In this document: positions 8,653-17,179 of the stretch, one piece after another
Layout: each line of letters begins with the position of its first letter
How positions within the stretch are numbered: position 1 is the first letter of the stretch
Source of the DNA: Candidatus Multivoradales bacterium
Lineage (GTDB): Bacteria > Acidobacteriota > Thermoanaerobaculia > Multivoradales > Multivoraceae
Direction of reading: 5' to 3'
NCBI GenBank assembly: GCA_965223325.1
Contig: CBDCWI010000002.1
Span: 480,001 to 544,000, forward strand
DNA length: 64,000 nt
Notes under the pieces: generated by a model
The model's database searches: none
Seen by the model: the letters and a program-made list of their open reading frames with translations, nothing else
What the model was told of the DNA's origin: nothing
Program-made: the position numbers and the translations under genes

Positions 8653-10397
8653 GAGGCCCCCGCCGCACGAACCAACGCTTCGTTGCGTGCAATGCAGTCC
8701 TCGACTCCGCGCGTCCGCGGGGCCAGCGAGCGCACCTCGTGGCAGAGCTCCAGCGCACCTGCCGGGTCGCGATCGAACTGCTCGCGTATGTAGGCCAGGC
8801 TCATTCGCGCCAGGACGTTGCCCTCGTCGGCAGCAAGCCCGAGGTCCAACCACTTCCTGGCCTCTTCCACTCGCCCGGCCATGAGCTCGAGTTTCGCCAG
8901 GTTGTTGTAAGTCCGCACATGACCAGGTTCGAGCTCGGCGACGGCCCGGAACCTTCGATAGGCACCGCGATAGTCCTCTGTTTCAGCCAGACAGATCCCC
9001 AGATTGATCTGGGCGTCCAGGTGTTCGGGATCGAGCTCGACGGCGCGCTGGTAGGCCGGAATCGCTTCTCGGACACGACCCTCTCGCTGGAGCGCGGTAC
9101 CGAGCCCGAAGTGGGCCTCTGCAACGCCGCTGGCCTGTGCCACAGCGTTGCTCCACAAACTGACCGGGTTCTGCCACACCTGGTTACGCGCGCTGGCAAG
9201 AGCCGCGAGCACCAGCACCACGACCGTTCCGAGCGTCGCAACTGGCACCAGGCCAAGACCGCGACGTTTTCCGAGCTGGAACCGTGCCTCGGCCACCAGC
9301 GTCAGCAGTAGCCCGAGGCTTGCGAGGTAGACACGGTGTTCTGCCATCAGTTCTTTGAGCGGAATCACACTCGAGGACGGGGCGAGGCAGGCAGCGAACC
9401 AGACCACCCCGAGGAGCCACCAGGGGCGCGCGCGCCGAAAACGCCACGCGACCCACAGTGTGACACCGATCGCGAGTAGGCCGATGATGACCGAAGGATC
9501 GAGGAGCCTCGTTCGATCGTCGACCGCATGGACTACCGACTGGCCGCGGGGCCAGAGCAGGAGAGCGAAGTAGCGCCACACCACTCCTATCTGGGTGAGC
9601 ACGTTGGTCGCCACCGAGCGCGGCAGGGTTCCCGCTTCCTGCAGGAGGAAGCCGCTCAGCCGTACGGCGCCGCCGGCCGCGGTCAACAAGAGAAGCGGCA
9701 GGTGGAGACGCAGCAGGCGCCGGCGCTCTCCGGCAGGAGCGATCAACAGTCGGTCCCAGGCTAGAGCGATGAGGGGAAACGCCGCCGCAGTTTCCTTAGA
9801 AGCCAGCGCCGCGATCCACGCCAACACCCAGCTCACACGCCAGGGCCAGATCGCACCGCCGCTGCTCCTGGCCCCCAGTGCATCCTGACGGAAGGACAAG
9901 AGCGCCACCAGAAAGAAGAAAGCCGCAACGCTTTCCGAGCGCCCGGTGACGTAGCTGACGCTCTCGCTCAAGAGCGGGTGCACTGCGAACACGGCGGCAC
10001 CGAAGCACGCCAGGCCGGGCCCGACCCACCCTCGGCCACGCTCCGGTTGCTCGCTCTCCCGGCGCCCGATGTCGGCAAACAGCCCCATCAGAAGCCAGAA
10101 CACCAACCCGGCGTTGGCCGCGTGCAAGACCAGATTGGTGGCGTGAAACGCGCCAGGATCTTTGCCACCGCGCAGAAAATCCGCCACGTAGGTCAGCGAA
10201 ACCATCGGCCGGAAGCGGTCGAAGTGCAGGACCGCTTGCCAATCGAGGGGGCGCTGGAGCGAAGCGTTCTCGAGCACCGTTCGGTGGTCGTCGAAGGCAA
10301 AGGGATGATCCAGGGCCCCTCGATAGACGAGGAAGACCAGAACGACCGGGGCGCAAGCGAGCGCCCAGCGGAGGGGCCTTGTAGGCGAACGGGCCAC
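8649..10397 (-). CDS. TMTC-like multi-pass GT-C glycosyltransferase with C-terminal TPRs
   Basis: FAFDD, FRP, FHATNLVLH, FAVHPLLSESVSYVTGR, SKE, EHRVY, RNQVW...LW, followed by TPR repeats. Confidence 0.85.
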   Translation of the reverse strand: MARSPTRPLRWALACAPVVLVFLVYRGALDHPFAFDDHRTVLENASLQRPLDWQAVLHFDRFRPMVSLTYVADFLRGGKDPGAFHATNLVLHAANAGLVFWLLMGLFADIGRRESEQPERGRGWVGPGLACFGAAVFAVHPLLSESVSYVTGRSESVAAFFFLVALLSFRQDALGARSSGGAIWPWRVSWVLAWIAALASKETAAAFPLIALAWDRLLIAPAGERRRLLRLHLPLLLLTAAGGAVRLSGFLLQEAGTLPRSVATNVLTQIGVVWRYFALLLWPRGQSVVHAVDDRTRLLDPSVIIGLLAIGVTLWVAWRFRRARPWWLLGVVWFAACLAPSSSVIPLKELMAEHRVYLASLGLLLTLVAEARFQLGKRRGLGLVPVATLGTVVVLVLAALASARNQVWQNPVSLWSNAVAQASGVAEAHFGLGTALQREGRVREAIPAYQRAVELDPEHLDAQINLGICLAETEDYRGAYRRFRAVAELEPGHVRTYNNLAKLELMAGRVEEARKWLDLGLAADEGNVLARMSLAYIREQFDRDPAGALELCHEVRSLAPRTRGVEDCIARNEALVRAAGAS

Positions 10398-10554
10398 TGA
10401 ATCTCCTGATTCCGGGGGACAACGTCCGAGGCAAAAGCCTCGGCGGGGGGACGAACCCGCACCACCGCAGATTCCTCAAAAAGGCTAACATAACGAGTGT
10501 ATCGAGGGAGTCGTCTCTCTCGATTCGTGCCTCTCCTTCTTCTTCTTGTGTTCT

Positions 10555-11898
10555 ATGACCATTCTTGCGGACAGCGGCCGGGCGCCCGAGCGCCCGCCAA
10601 CCACGACAGGGCGGCCTTCTGCCAGGCCGTCGCTGCGCATCCTGCACGTCACGCCCTACTACGCCGATGCCTGGGCCTACGGAGGCATTCCGCGCGTCTG
10701 CACCGCTCTGGCGCGCGCTCAAGATGCCCTCGGTCATCAGGTGACCGTTTGCACCACCGACGCACGGGATGCCCACGGCCGCTTGCTCCACCGTGGTCAC
10801 CGGAGCGCAGCCAACGAGCCCGAGCAGCAGGTCTTCCGCAACGCCTCGAACCGGATCGCCTGGCGACTGCAGTTTTTTACCCCAACTGGCATGCGGCGCT
10901 ATCTGCGACGCGCCGCCGGCGACTTCGACGTCGCGCACGTCCACGGCTACCACCACCTGCCCAGCGTCTGGGCGGAGGCTGCGTCGCGGCGCGCCGACCT
11001 GCCCTGGGTTCTACAGCCCAACGGAACCGCACCGCGCATCGAGCAGAGACAGTCTCTCAAGTGGCTGTTCGACAAGACCCTCGGTCGACGGGTGCTCGGT
11101 GCCGCCCATCGGGTGATCGCGGTCAGCGATACGGAGCGCGTGCAGCTCGAGATGATGGGCGTCGCCCCGGGTCGCATTCGGGTGATTCCGAACCCGGTCG
11201 AGGTCGACGCCTTCTCGAACCTCCCGGCCACCGGCACCCTGCGCAAGAACATCGGCCTCGGGCGGGCCCCGATCGTCGCCTACCTCGGCCGACTGTCGCC
11301 GCGCAAACGGCTCGACGTCCTGCTCGAAGCCTTCGCGTGCCTCAACGACCGGGAGGCCGAAGCCCCACATCTCGTTCTGGCGGGAGCGGACCAGGGGGTG
11401 GCACACGAGCTCGAGCGGCGTGCGGAGGCGCTCGGGGTTGGCAACCGCATGCATCTCCTCGGGGTGTTGGCCGACGACCAGCGCCTGCCCTTGCTTGTCG
11501 ATGCCGATGTTGTGGTCTACGCAACCAGCCAGGAGATCTTCGGCCTCGTTCCGATGGAGGCCTTGCTCGCTTCGACTCCAGTGATTGTTGGCGACGACAG
11601 CGGCTGCGGTGAGTGGTTGTCTGAGCTCGGGGGTCGTGAGATCGGCGCCCGCCTGGTCCCGACCGCGGCAGGCGACCGGCAGGTCGAGATCGCCGCCCTC
11701 AATGAAGCGCTCGAGTCCGTGCTCGTCGACCCGCAGCTGGAGGCCTCCCGGGCCCGCCGCGGAGGAGCCCTGGTGCGCGATCGCTTCGCCCCCGACGGTG
11801 TCGCGCAGCAACTGATCGACTGCTACGAAGATCTGGTCTCCGATCGCGCCTCACAAGGCGACTCCGGCGCTCCATCGAAACCGAGACTGGTGCGATGA
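10555..11898 (+). CDS. GT4 glycosyltransferase
   Basis: LRILHVTPYY...YGG, VIPNPV, YLGRLSPRKR, EIFGLVPMEA (ExFG-x4-E); start uncertain. Confidence 0.9.
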   Translation: MTILADSGRAPERPPTTTGRPSARPSLRILHVTPYYADAWAYGGIPRVCTALARAQDALGHQVTVCTTDARDAHGRLLHRGHRSAANEPEQQVFRNASNRIAWRLQFFTPTGMRRYLRRAAGDFDVAHVHGYHHLPSVWAEAASRRADLPWVLQPNGTAPRIEQRQSLKWLFDKTLGRRVLGAAHRVIAVSDTERVQLEMMGVAPGRIRVIPNPVEVDAFSNLPATGTLRKNIGLGRAPIVAYLGRLSPRKRLDVLLEAFACLNDREAEAPHLVLAGADQGVAHELERRAEALGVGNRMHLLGVLADDQRLPLLVDADVVVYATSQEIFGLVPMEALLASTPVIVGDDSGCGEWLSELGGREIGARLVPTAAGDRQVEIAALNEALESVLVDPQLEASRARRGGALVRDRFAPDGVAQQLIDCYEDLVSDRASQGDSGAPSKPRLVR

Positions 11899-13085
11899 CG
11901 GAGTGGCACACGCCAGAGGCACCTCTCGAATCAGGTGGGGTCTCGGTCATTGTGCCCGTCCACAACGGTGCGCGGACGTTGAAACCCGTCCTTTTGGCCC
12001 TCCGCCGCCTGAAGAGTTCGTTCCCCGAGGTCCCGGTTGAGTTCTTGCTCGTCGACGACCACAGCACCGACACGTCGCCGCAGCTCCTTTCTGAGTTCGA
12101 AGACACGGTGAAATGCACACGAATCATCAGCGCCTCTGAAGGAACCCTGAACGCTCACGGCGCCGCGGCGGCGATGAACCGCGCCATCGAAGAAGCGCGC
12201 TTTGACCTGATCGCGCAGTTCGACCAGGACGTCGTACCAGCGGCCGATTGGCTCGAGAAGATGATCCAGGCCTTTGCCGCAGTCACCGGCCAGCGGCCCC
12301 TTGCAGCGCTACAAGCCAATTTCAGAGTCGACCAGCGTGCGCCGCTCCTGGCAAGGGTCAACGACCTCGACCTCGACTTGAGATACCAACGACGTGGAGG
12401 GAAGTCTCCGGAATGCCTTGCAGAAGGAGTCACCGCCGCCGAGCAGGTCTGTACCGGCAACACCCTCTACTGGCGCCCGGCTCTGGTCGCCGTTGGCCTG
12501 TTCGATGAGTCGCTCGGCTACGGCTACGACAACGACCTCAGCTATCGCCTGGCCGCAGCGGGCTGGAGTCTCGGTTTCGCCCCCGGCGTCTCCTCCCAGC
12601 ACCTCGACCGCGAGCACCTCGGGCCCTGGGTGAGGCGCCAGTACGGATTGGGCTACGGCCGGCTAGATCTCATCGCCAGGCATCCCTACAAGGGCGGCGG
12701 CGACGACGTCTCAGGACTGGGGATGATTCTGCACGCGGTCGGCGGCACCGTTCTGTTGATGTCGATGGCGCTGGCGGCAGGCGCTCTGCTGGCGGGATGG
12801 GGGACGCTGGCGCGCCTGGCTATCGCCGTCGCAACCGCGGTGCTTGGCCTACTGTCGCTCGAGCGCCTGCTCGCGAGCCTCGCCAGCCTTCGGAGCCATC
12901 GCGACCTGGCCGCGCTTTGGTTTGCACCGCTTCACCTGCTGCGAGATCTGTCGTGGGGAGCCGCCACCTTGACCTGGATGGCGCGCCGAGTTCTCCGGCG
13001 CCCGCCCCGCTCGACCGACAGCATGCCGCAGCGACCAGGCAACGCTTCAGAGCCGCGCACGCTAGCCGAGGGCCCGGCACCATGA
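11895..13085 (+). CDS. GT2 glycosyltransferase with C-terminal TM helices
   Basis: SVIVPVHN, LVDDHSTD, QFDQD, GYDNDLSYRL; ATGA overlap with the upstream gene. Confidence 0.88.
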   Translation: MTEWHTPEAPLESGGVSVIVPVHNGARTLKPVLLALRRLKSSFPEVPVEFLLVDDHSTDTSPQLLSEFEDTVKCTRIISASEGTLNAHGAAAAMNRAIEEARFDLIAQFDQDVVPAADWLEKMIQAFAAVTGQRPLAALQANFRVDQRAPLLARVNDLDLDLRYQRRGGKSPECLAEGVTAAEQVCTGNTLYWRPALVAVGLFDESLGYGYDNDLSYRLAAAGWSLGFAPGVSSQHLDREHLGPWVRRQYGLGYGRLDLIARHPYKGGGDDVSGLGMILHAVGGTVLLMSMALAAGALLAGWGTLARLAIAVATAVLGLLSLERLLASLASLRSHRDLAALWFAPLHLLRDLSWGAATLTWMARRVLRRPPRSTDSMPQRPGNASEPRTLAEGPAP

Positions 13086-13900
13086 CTCACCCACTCTTTG
13101 TGCTACCGGCTCACAACGAGCACGACTGCCTGGAACAGGTTCTCGAGGAGCTCCACGAGCTCGTTGATCGTTCCTACCCGGGTTCAGAAATCCTGGTGGT
13201 CGACGACGGTTCAACCGACCAGACCGAGCAGCTGATGCCGGTACTGGCAGCCCGCCTGGGCGTGCGCTGGGTGAGGCTCCCCGAACGTCTGGGGATTGGC
13301 GCCGCAACCATCGCCGGGTTGCGCTTTGCGCAGGAACACCAGCTCTCACCCGTCGTGCGTCTCGATGCCGACGGACAGCATGACCCAGCCTATGTCCGAC
13401 CGTTGCTCGAAGCCCTGGAAGAGTGCGACGCCGCGTCAGGCTCGCGCTTCCTCTGCCACCTGACCTCTGGACCGATCAAGCAGGGTGCCCGGCGCTTCTC
13501 GCAGTACGTTCTGGCTACCGTCCTCACGCGCTTGACAGGTCGTCGCATCACCGATCCCACTTCGGGCTTCTGGGCCTTTGGCCGTCGCGCCATTGCTCTC
13601 CTCGCCCACGAGCACCCCAGTGGTTATCCAGAACCGGAGCTCCATCTCCTCCTCCACCGCACTGGGATGCACACCTGCGAGGTCGCCGTACGGATGCGCG
13701 ACCGCATTGCCGGCCAGAGCACGCTCGGACTGCGCGCGGGAGTTCCCTTCGCGGCCCGTGTGCTGCTGGCGGCATTCATCGTTCCCTTGCGGCGCTTCAA
13801 GCCTGCGGGTGAACTGTCAGCCGGCGAGCAAGCGCCGGCCCTCGAGCCGACGGTTTCCGAGGCCGCCCTGGGCGCAGCCTCGAAGGTCAGCAGCCGATGA
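13082..13900 (+). CDS. DPM-synthase-like GT2 (polyprenyl-phosphate sugar synthase)
   Basis: LPAHNE, VVDDGSTD, RLDADGQHDP, SGSRF, TDPTSGF, YPEPE, R-x-AGQS; start at the ATGA overlap 13082. Confidence 0.88.
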   Translation: MTHPLFVLPAHNEHDCLEQVLEELHELVDRSYPGSEILVVDDGSTDQTEQLMPVLAARLGVRWVRLPERLGIGAATIAGLRFAQEHQLSPVVRLDADGQHDPAYVRPLLEALEECDAASGSRFLCHLTSGPIKQGARRFSQYVLATVLTRLTGRRITDPTSGFWAFGRRAIALLAHEHPSGYPEPELHLLLHRTGMHTCEVAVRMRDRIAGQSTLGLRAGVPFAARVLLAAFIVPLRRFKPAGELSAGEQAPALEPTVSEAALGAASKVSSR

Positions 13901-14262
13901 CTGCCAACGTCCAGCTCCTCGCCATCGTCGTCAGCGTCCTCTTGATGGTCCTGGTTCTCGAGCTCGTGCGGCGACGCGTCCTGAGCGAGGAGTTCTCCTT
14001 CATCTGGATCGTCGGCGCGGCCGTTTTGATCGTTGCCTCCGCCTGGCGCGACAGCCTGCACCTTCTCGCCGCCGCTCTTGGCATCCACTATCCACCGGCG
14101 GTGTTGCTGCTGCTCCTTACGCTCTTCGTTTTCGTCGGCCTGCTCTACTTCTCAGCCGTCGCCTCGACCCAGCGCCGCCACATCGAGCGCCTGATGGTCG
14201 AAGCCGCTCTCCAGGAAGAACGGCTGCGGGTTCTCGAAGACGAAAGAGTGCCGCTCGAGTGA
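13897..14262 (+). CDS. DUF2304 family small membrane protein
   Basis: 121 aa, three TM segments, LVRRR...W...ALGIHYPP pattern; typical partner of DPM-like GT2. Confidence 0.8.
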   Translation: MTANVQLLAIVVSVLLMVLVLELVRRRVLSEEFSFIWIVGAAVLIVASAWRDSLHLLAAALGIHYPPAVLLLLLTLFVFVGLLYFSAVASTQRRHIERLMVEAALQEERLRVLEDERVPLE

Positions 14263-14314
14263 CCGGGATTTCGCCCGAACGATGAAGTCGCTCAGACGCT
14301 AGCGCTCCAACTCA

Positions 14315-17149
14315 TCAGTCGGTCCATCGCACGGAGGAAAACGCAACACCAAGGTGGCGTCGATCGGTGGAATCAGACATTGCCGAGGGGATGAGGATGC
14401 CTGGAACCTCCAGAAGGAACTCAACGGGCCCCCCGGCATCGAGCACCGGGAGAACGGCGGGTGCAATCTCGACTTCCTGCTCGACGAATTGCCCCGCGCT
14501 GACCTCTACGGTCGCGGCTTTCAACCCGTTGGCCCATACGATCACTCCACCGTCGCGCGCCGCGCGCCAGCGAATGACCAGGGTTCGCGCCGCCCGGGGC
14601 CGAGCGAGGAAGAACGTGCCGTAGCCAGAGCTCCAGCGGAATTCGATCGTCTCCTCATCCTGCTGCTCTCGTTCCGGACCATGCCAACCGAGTCCGAGGG
14701 CGCCGTCTTCGAGACGACCTCCGTCGCCGCCGGTAGCGATCTCTAGAGATGAATGGATGTGCGCAGGATCGATGGTGGCGGCATAGCCCTCCCGGTACTG
14801 CGGCACCGGCACTGGAATGACCGGGGCAGCCTTGCCCTCACTCAACAACCTCGTCGCTTCGATCGGCGCCCCGGGAGGCGCCCGCAGAGCCCCGCGCCGT
14901 CGGCTGAGGGTTGCCAGAAGCCGCACCAGGTTCCACGCCCAGGCGCCGAGGCGGTGCCGAAGGGCACTCCACCGGCGCGCCCGCAGCGCGCCGAGCACCG
15001 CGGTGCCCTCAAAGCGTAGGAGCGTGGGCGCAGCCTGCAGTAGCCATACGGACGGCATCGCCTTCAACAACGTCATCAGCCGATTGCGGTGATCGAGACC
15101 TTCGGAGAAGCTCTCCGGCCGGCCGGAGGCAAACGTGAAATGAAACGCCTCGGCTCCTGGCTCGTAGGTCACCTCCCAGCCGGCTCGCCGCAGGCGCAGC
15201 GACAGGTCGAGGTCTTCGTAGTAGAGAAAGTAGCGCTCGTCGAAGCCACCGATCTGGTCCCAGGCCTGCCGGCGCACGAGCAGTGCGCAGCCAGAGCCGC
15301 CGATCACCGGGCCGGGCGTATCCCACTGGCCCCGGTCGAGCTCGAGGTAGCCACGATCCCAGCCGTAGCCGACCTGGTTCATGCACAGACCCGCGCTGTT
15401 GAGAATCTCGGGCTGCCACCCCATGCGGGTCTTGGGAACCACGGCGCCACAGTGCGGGTTCTCGCTGAGCACCGCCTGGAGGCGTTCGAGCGCTTCGGGC
15501 GCCAGCGTCGCATCGGGGTTGAGCAGCAGAATGTCGAGGGTTCGGTCCGTGACACTTCGCACACCGCGATGGTTGCCTACCGCAAACCCCGGGTTGTCCA
15601 GGAAGCCGAGCACCGCGACTTCCGGGTAGAGCCTGCGAACGAGGTCGGTCGTACCATCGGTCGAGCCCTGGTCGACGACGACGATGCGCTCCGGAACACG
15701 CGTTCCCGAGGCTAGAGAGTCGAGCGTCTGGGCGATCGAGTCGCGATGGTTGCGCGTCACGACGACGGCGAGCACTCCGCGGTCTGCCCGATCCCCTGCG
15801 GACTCTCGGGGTGGCGAATCGACCTGGTCAGCCGACGCGCCGTCACCTTGCCGCCTATCGCACTGGCGCAGGTAGAACCGCTCGGCGCGATCGACCGTTC
15901 GTTCCCAGCGCCACTTGGAATCCACGTGCTGGCGGCCCGCCTCACCCATCGCCCGCGCGACCTCGGGAGACTCGATGAGCTCGGTGAGAACCGCCGCGAG
16001 CTCGCCCTCGCCGTCCTGCCGATCCGGCCCACACGCAGTCTCATGATCCTCTGCTTGGCCCGGATCGATCAGGCGACCGTCCACGCCGTCACGAACCAGG
16101 CTTGCCTGGGGGCCGGTGCGGGCGGCGACCACTGGCGTTCCAACCGCCCAGGCCTCGAGCAGCACCAGGCCGAACGAGTCAACGCGCGACGGCTGCACCA
16201 ACACATCCGCCGCTTCGAGCCACTGCCACTTCTCCTGCTCTACCACGTCGCGTTTCACCACCAGACGATCCCTACGGTCAGCCGGAAGGCGTACTCTCAC
16301 TTCGGCAAGCAGGTCTTCGAACTCGCCGTCGGAGTAGACCGTCGACCCTCCGACAAACGCAAAGGTCACCGCACCCCGCGAGATCACCCGTTCGGCGGCA
16401 CGCACCACAGCCGGGATGCCCTTCGCCTTCTCGAGCCTTCCAAGAAAGAGCACCACCGCCTCGTCCGCTGGGATGCCGAGCTCACGCCGAGCCGCGGCAG
16501 GGCCAACCAGTGATTCCGGGTCGGGCACCTCAACCCCCCCACCCAAGACAACCGACTCGGTCGACACGCCGAGCGCCCGCAGCAGGCTCGACTCGTAGGC
16601 AGTGAGGGTGAACAACCCATCGGCCTGGTCCAGCAGCGCCCAGGCCGACGGGTTGTCCATCAGCCAGGGATCTTCCGAATGCAGGCACGGCATGGCAATC
16701 CATGGCACACCCAGGCGACGTGCCACCCGCTCTGCCACCCAGAGATGCAGGAACGGCAAGGTACCGGCCACGATCAGGTCGGGTTGAATCGTTTCGATGG
16801 TGCGCGCCGCGCCACGCAACCACGGTCCCGCCCAGGCCGCCTTGACCCGCCCGTAGCCCGGCAGTCGACGACGCCACCATCCCACCGCCAGCGCATCGCG
16901 CACCTTTCGAACCGGCGCCGGCCAACGTCGATAGGCCAGCCGGTGCACCTTGACGCCTTCGATCTCCGTTGTCTCTCTGGGCAAAGGTGCCCGAGCACCG
17001 TAGGCGAAGTCTTCGGGTGATGTGGCGTTCGAACACACGACGTGTACCTCATGGCCGCGACGCACCAACTCCTCGGACAGGCGCTTCATGATCAGTTCGC
17101 TACCGCCAATGGCCGGCGAGTAGTCGTGGATCAAGTGAACGATGCGCAT
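14315..17149 (-). CDS. GT4-GT2 fusion glycosyltransferase with C-terminal beta-sandwich-like domain
   Basis: MRIVHLIHDY..GG, DSFGLVLLEAW (GT4); VVVDQGSTD, LLNPDA, FLYYEDLDL (GT2); LGLGWHGPE...FRWSS tail. Confidence 0.88.
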   Translation of the reverse strand: MRIVHLIHDYSPAIGGSELIMKRLSEELVRRGHEVHVVCSNATSPEDFAYGARAPLPRETTEIEGVKVHRLAYRRWPAPVRKVRDALAVGWWRRRLPGYGRVKAAWAGPWLRGAARTIETIQPDLIVAGTLPFLHLWVAERVARRLGVPWIAMPCLHSEDPWLMDNPSAWALLDQADGLFTLTAYESSLLRALGVSTESVVLGGGVEVPDPESLVGPAAARRELGIPADEAVVLFLGRLEKAKGIPAVVRAAERVISRGAVTFAFVGGSTVYSDGEFEDLLAEVRVRLPADRRDRLVVKRDVVEQEKWQWLEAADVLVQPSRVDSFGLVLLEAWAVGTPVVAARTGPQASLVRDGVDGRLIDPGQAEDHETACGPDRQDGEGELAAVLTELIESPEVARAMGEAGRQHVDSKWRWERTVDRAERFYLRQCDRRQGDGASADQVDSPPRESAGDRADRGVLAVVVTRNHRDSIAQTLDSLASGTRVPERIVVVDQGSTDGTTDLVRRLYPEVAVLGFLDNPGFAVGNHRGVRSVTDRTLDILLLNPDATLAPEALERLQAVLSENPHCGAVVPKTRMGWQPEILNSAGLCMNQVGYGWDRGYLELDRGQWDTPGPVIGGSGCALLVRRQAWDQIGGFDERYFLYYEDLDLSLRLRRAGWEVTYEPGAEAFHFTFASGRPESFSEGLDHRNRLMTLLKAMPSVWLLQAAPTLLRFEGTAVLGALRARRWSALRHRLGAWAWNLVRLLATLSRRRGALRAPPGAPIEATRLLSEGKAAPVIPVPVPQYREGYAATIDPAHIHSSLEIATGGDGGRLEDGALGLGWHGPEREQQDEETIEFRWSSGYGTFFLARPRAARTLVIRWRAARDGGVIVWANGLKAATVEVSAGQFVEQEVEIAPAVLPVLDAGGPVEFLLEVPGILIPSAMSDSTDRRHLGVAFSSVRWTD

Positions 17150-17179
17150 TCTGCTGATCGGCTAGAAGCCCCGCCGAAC

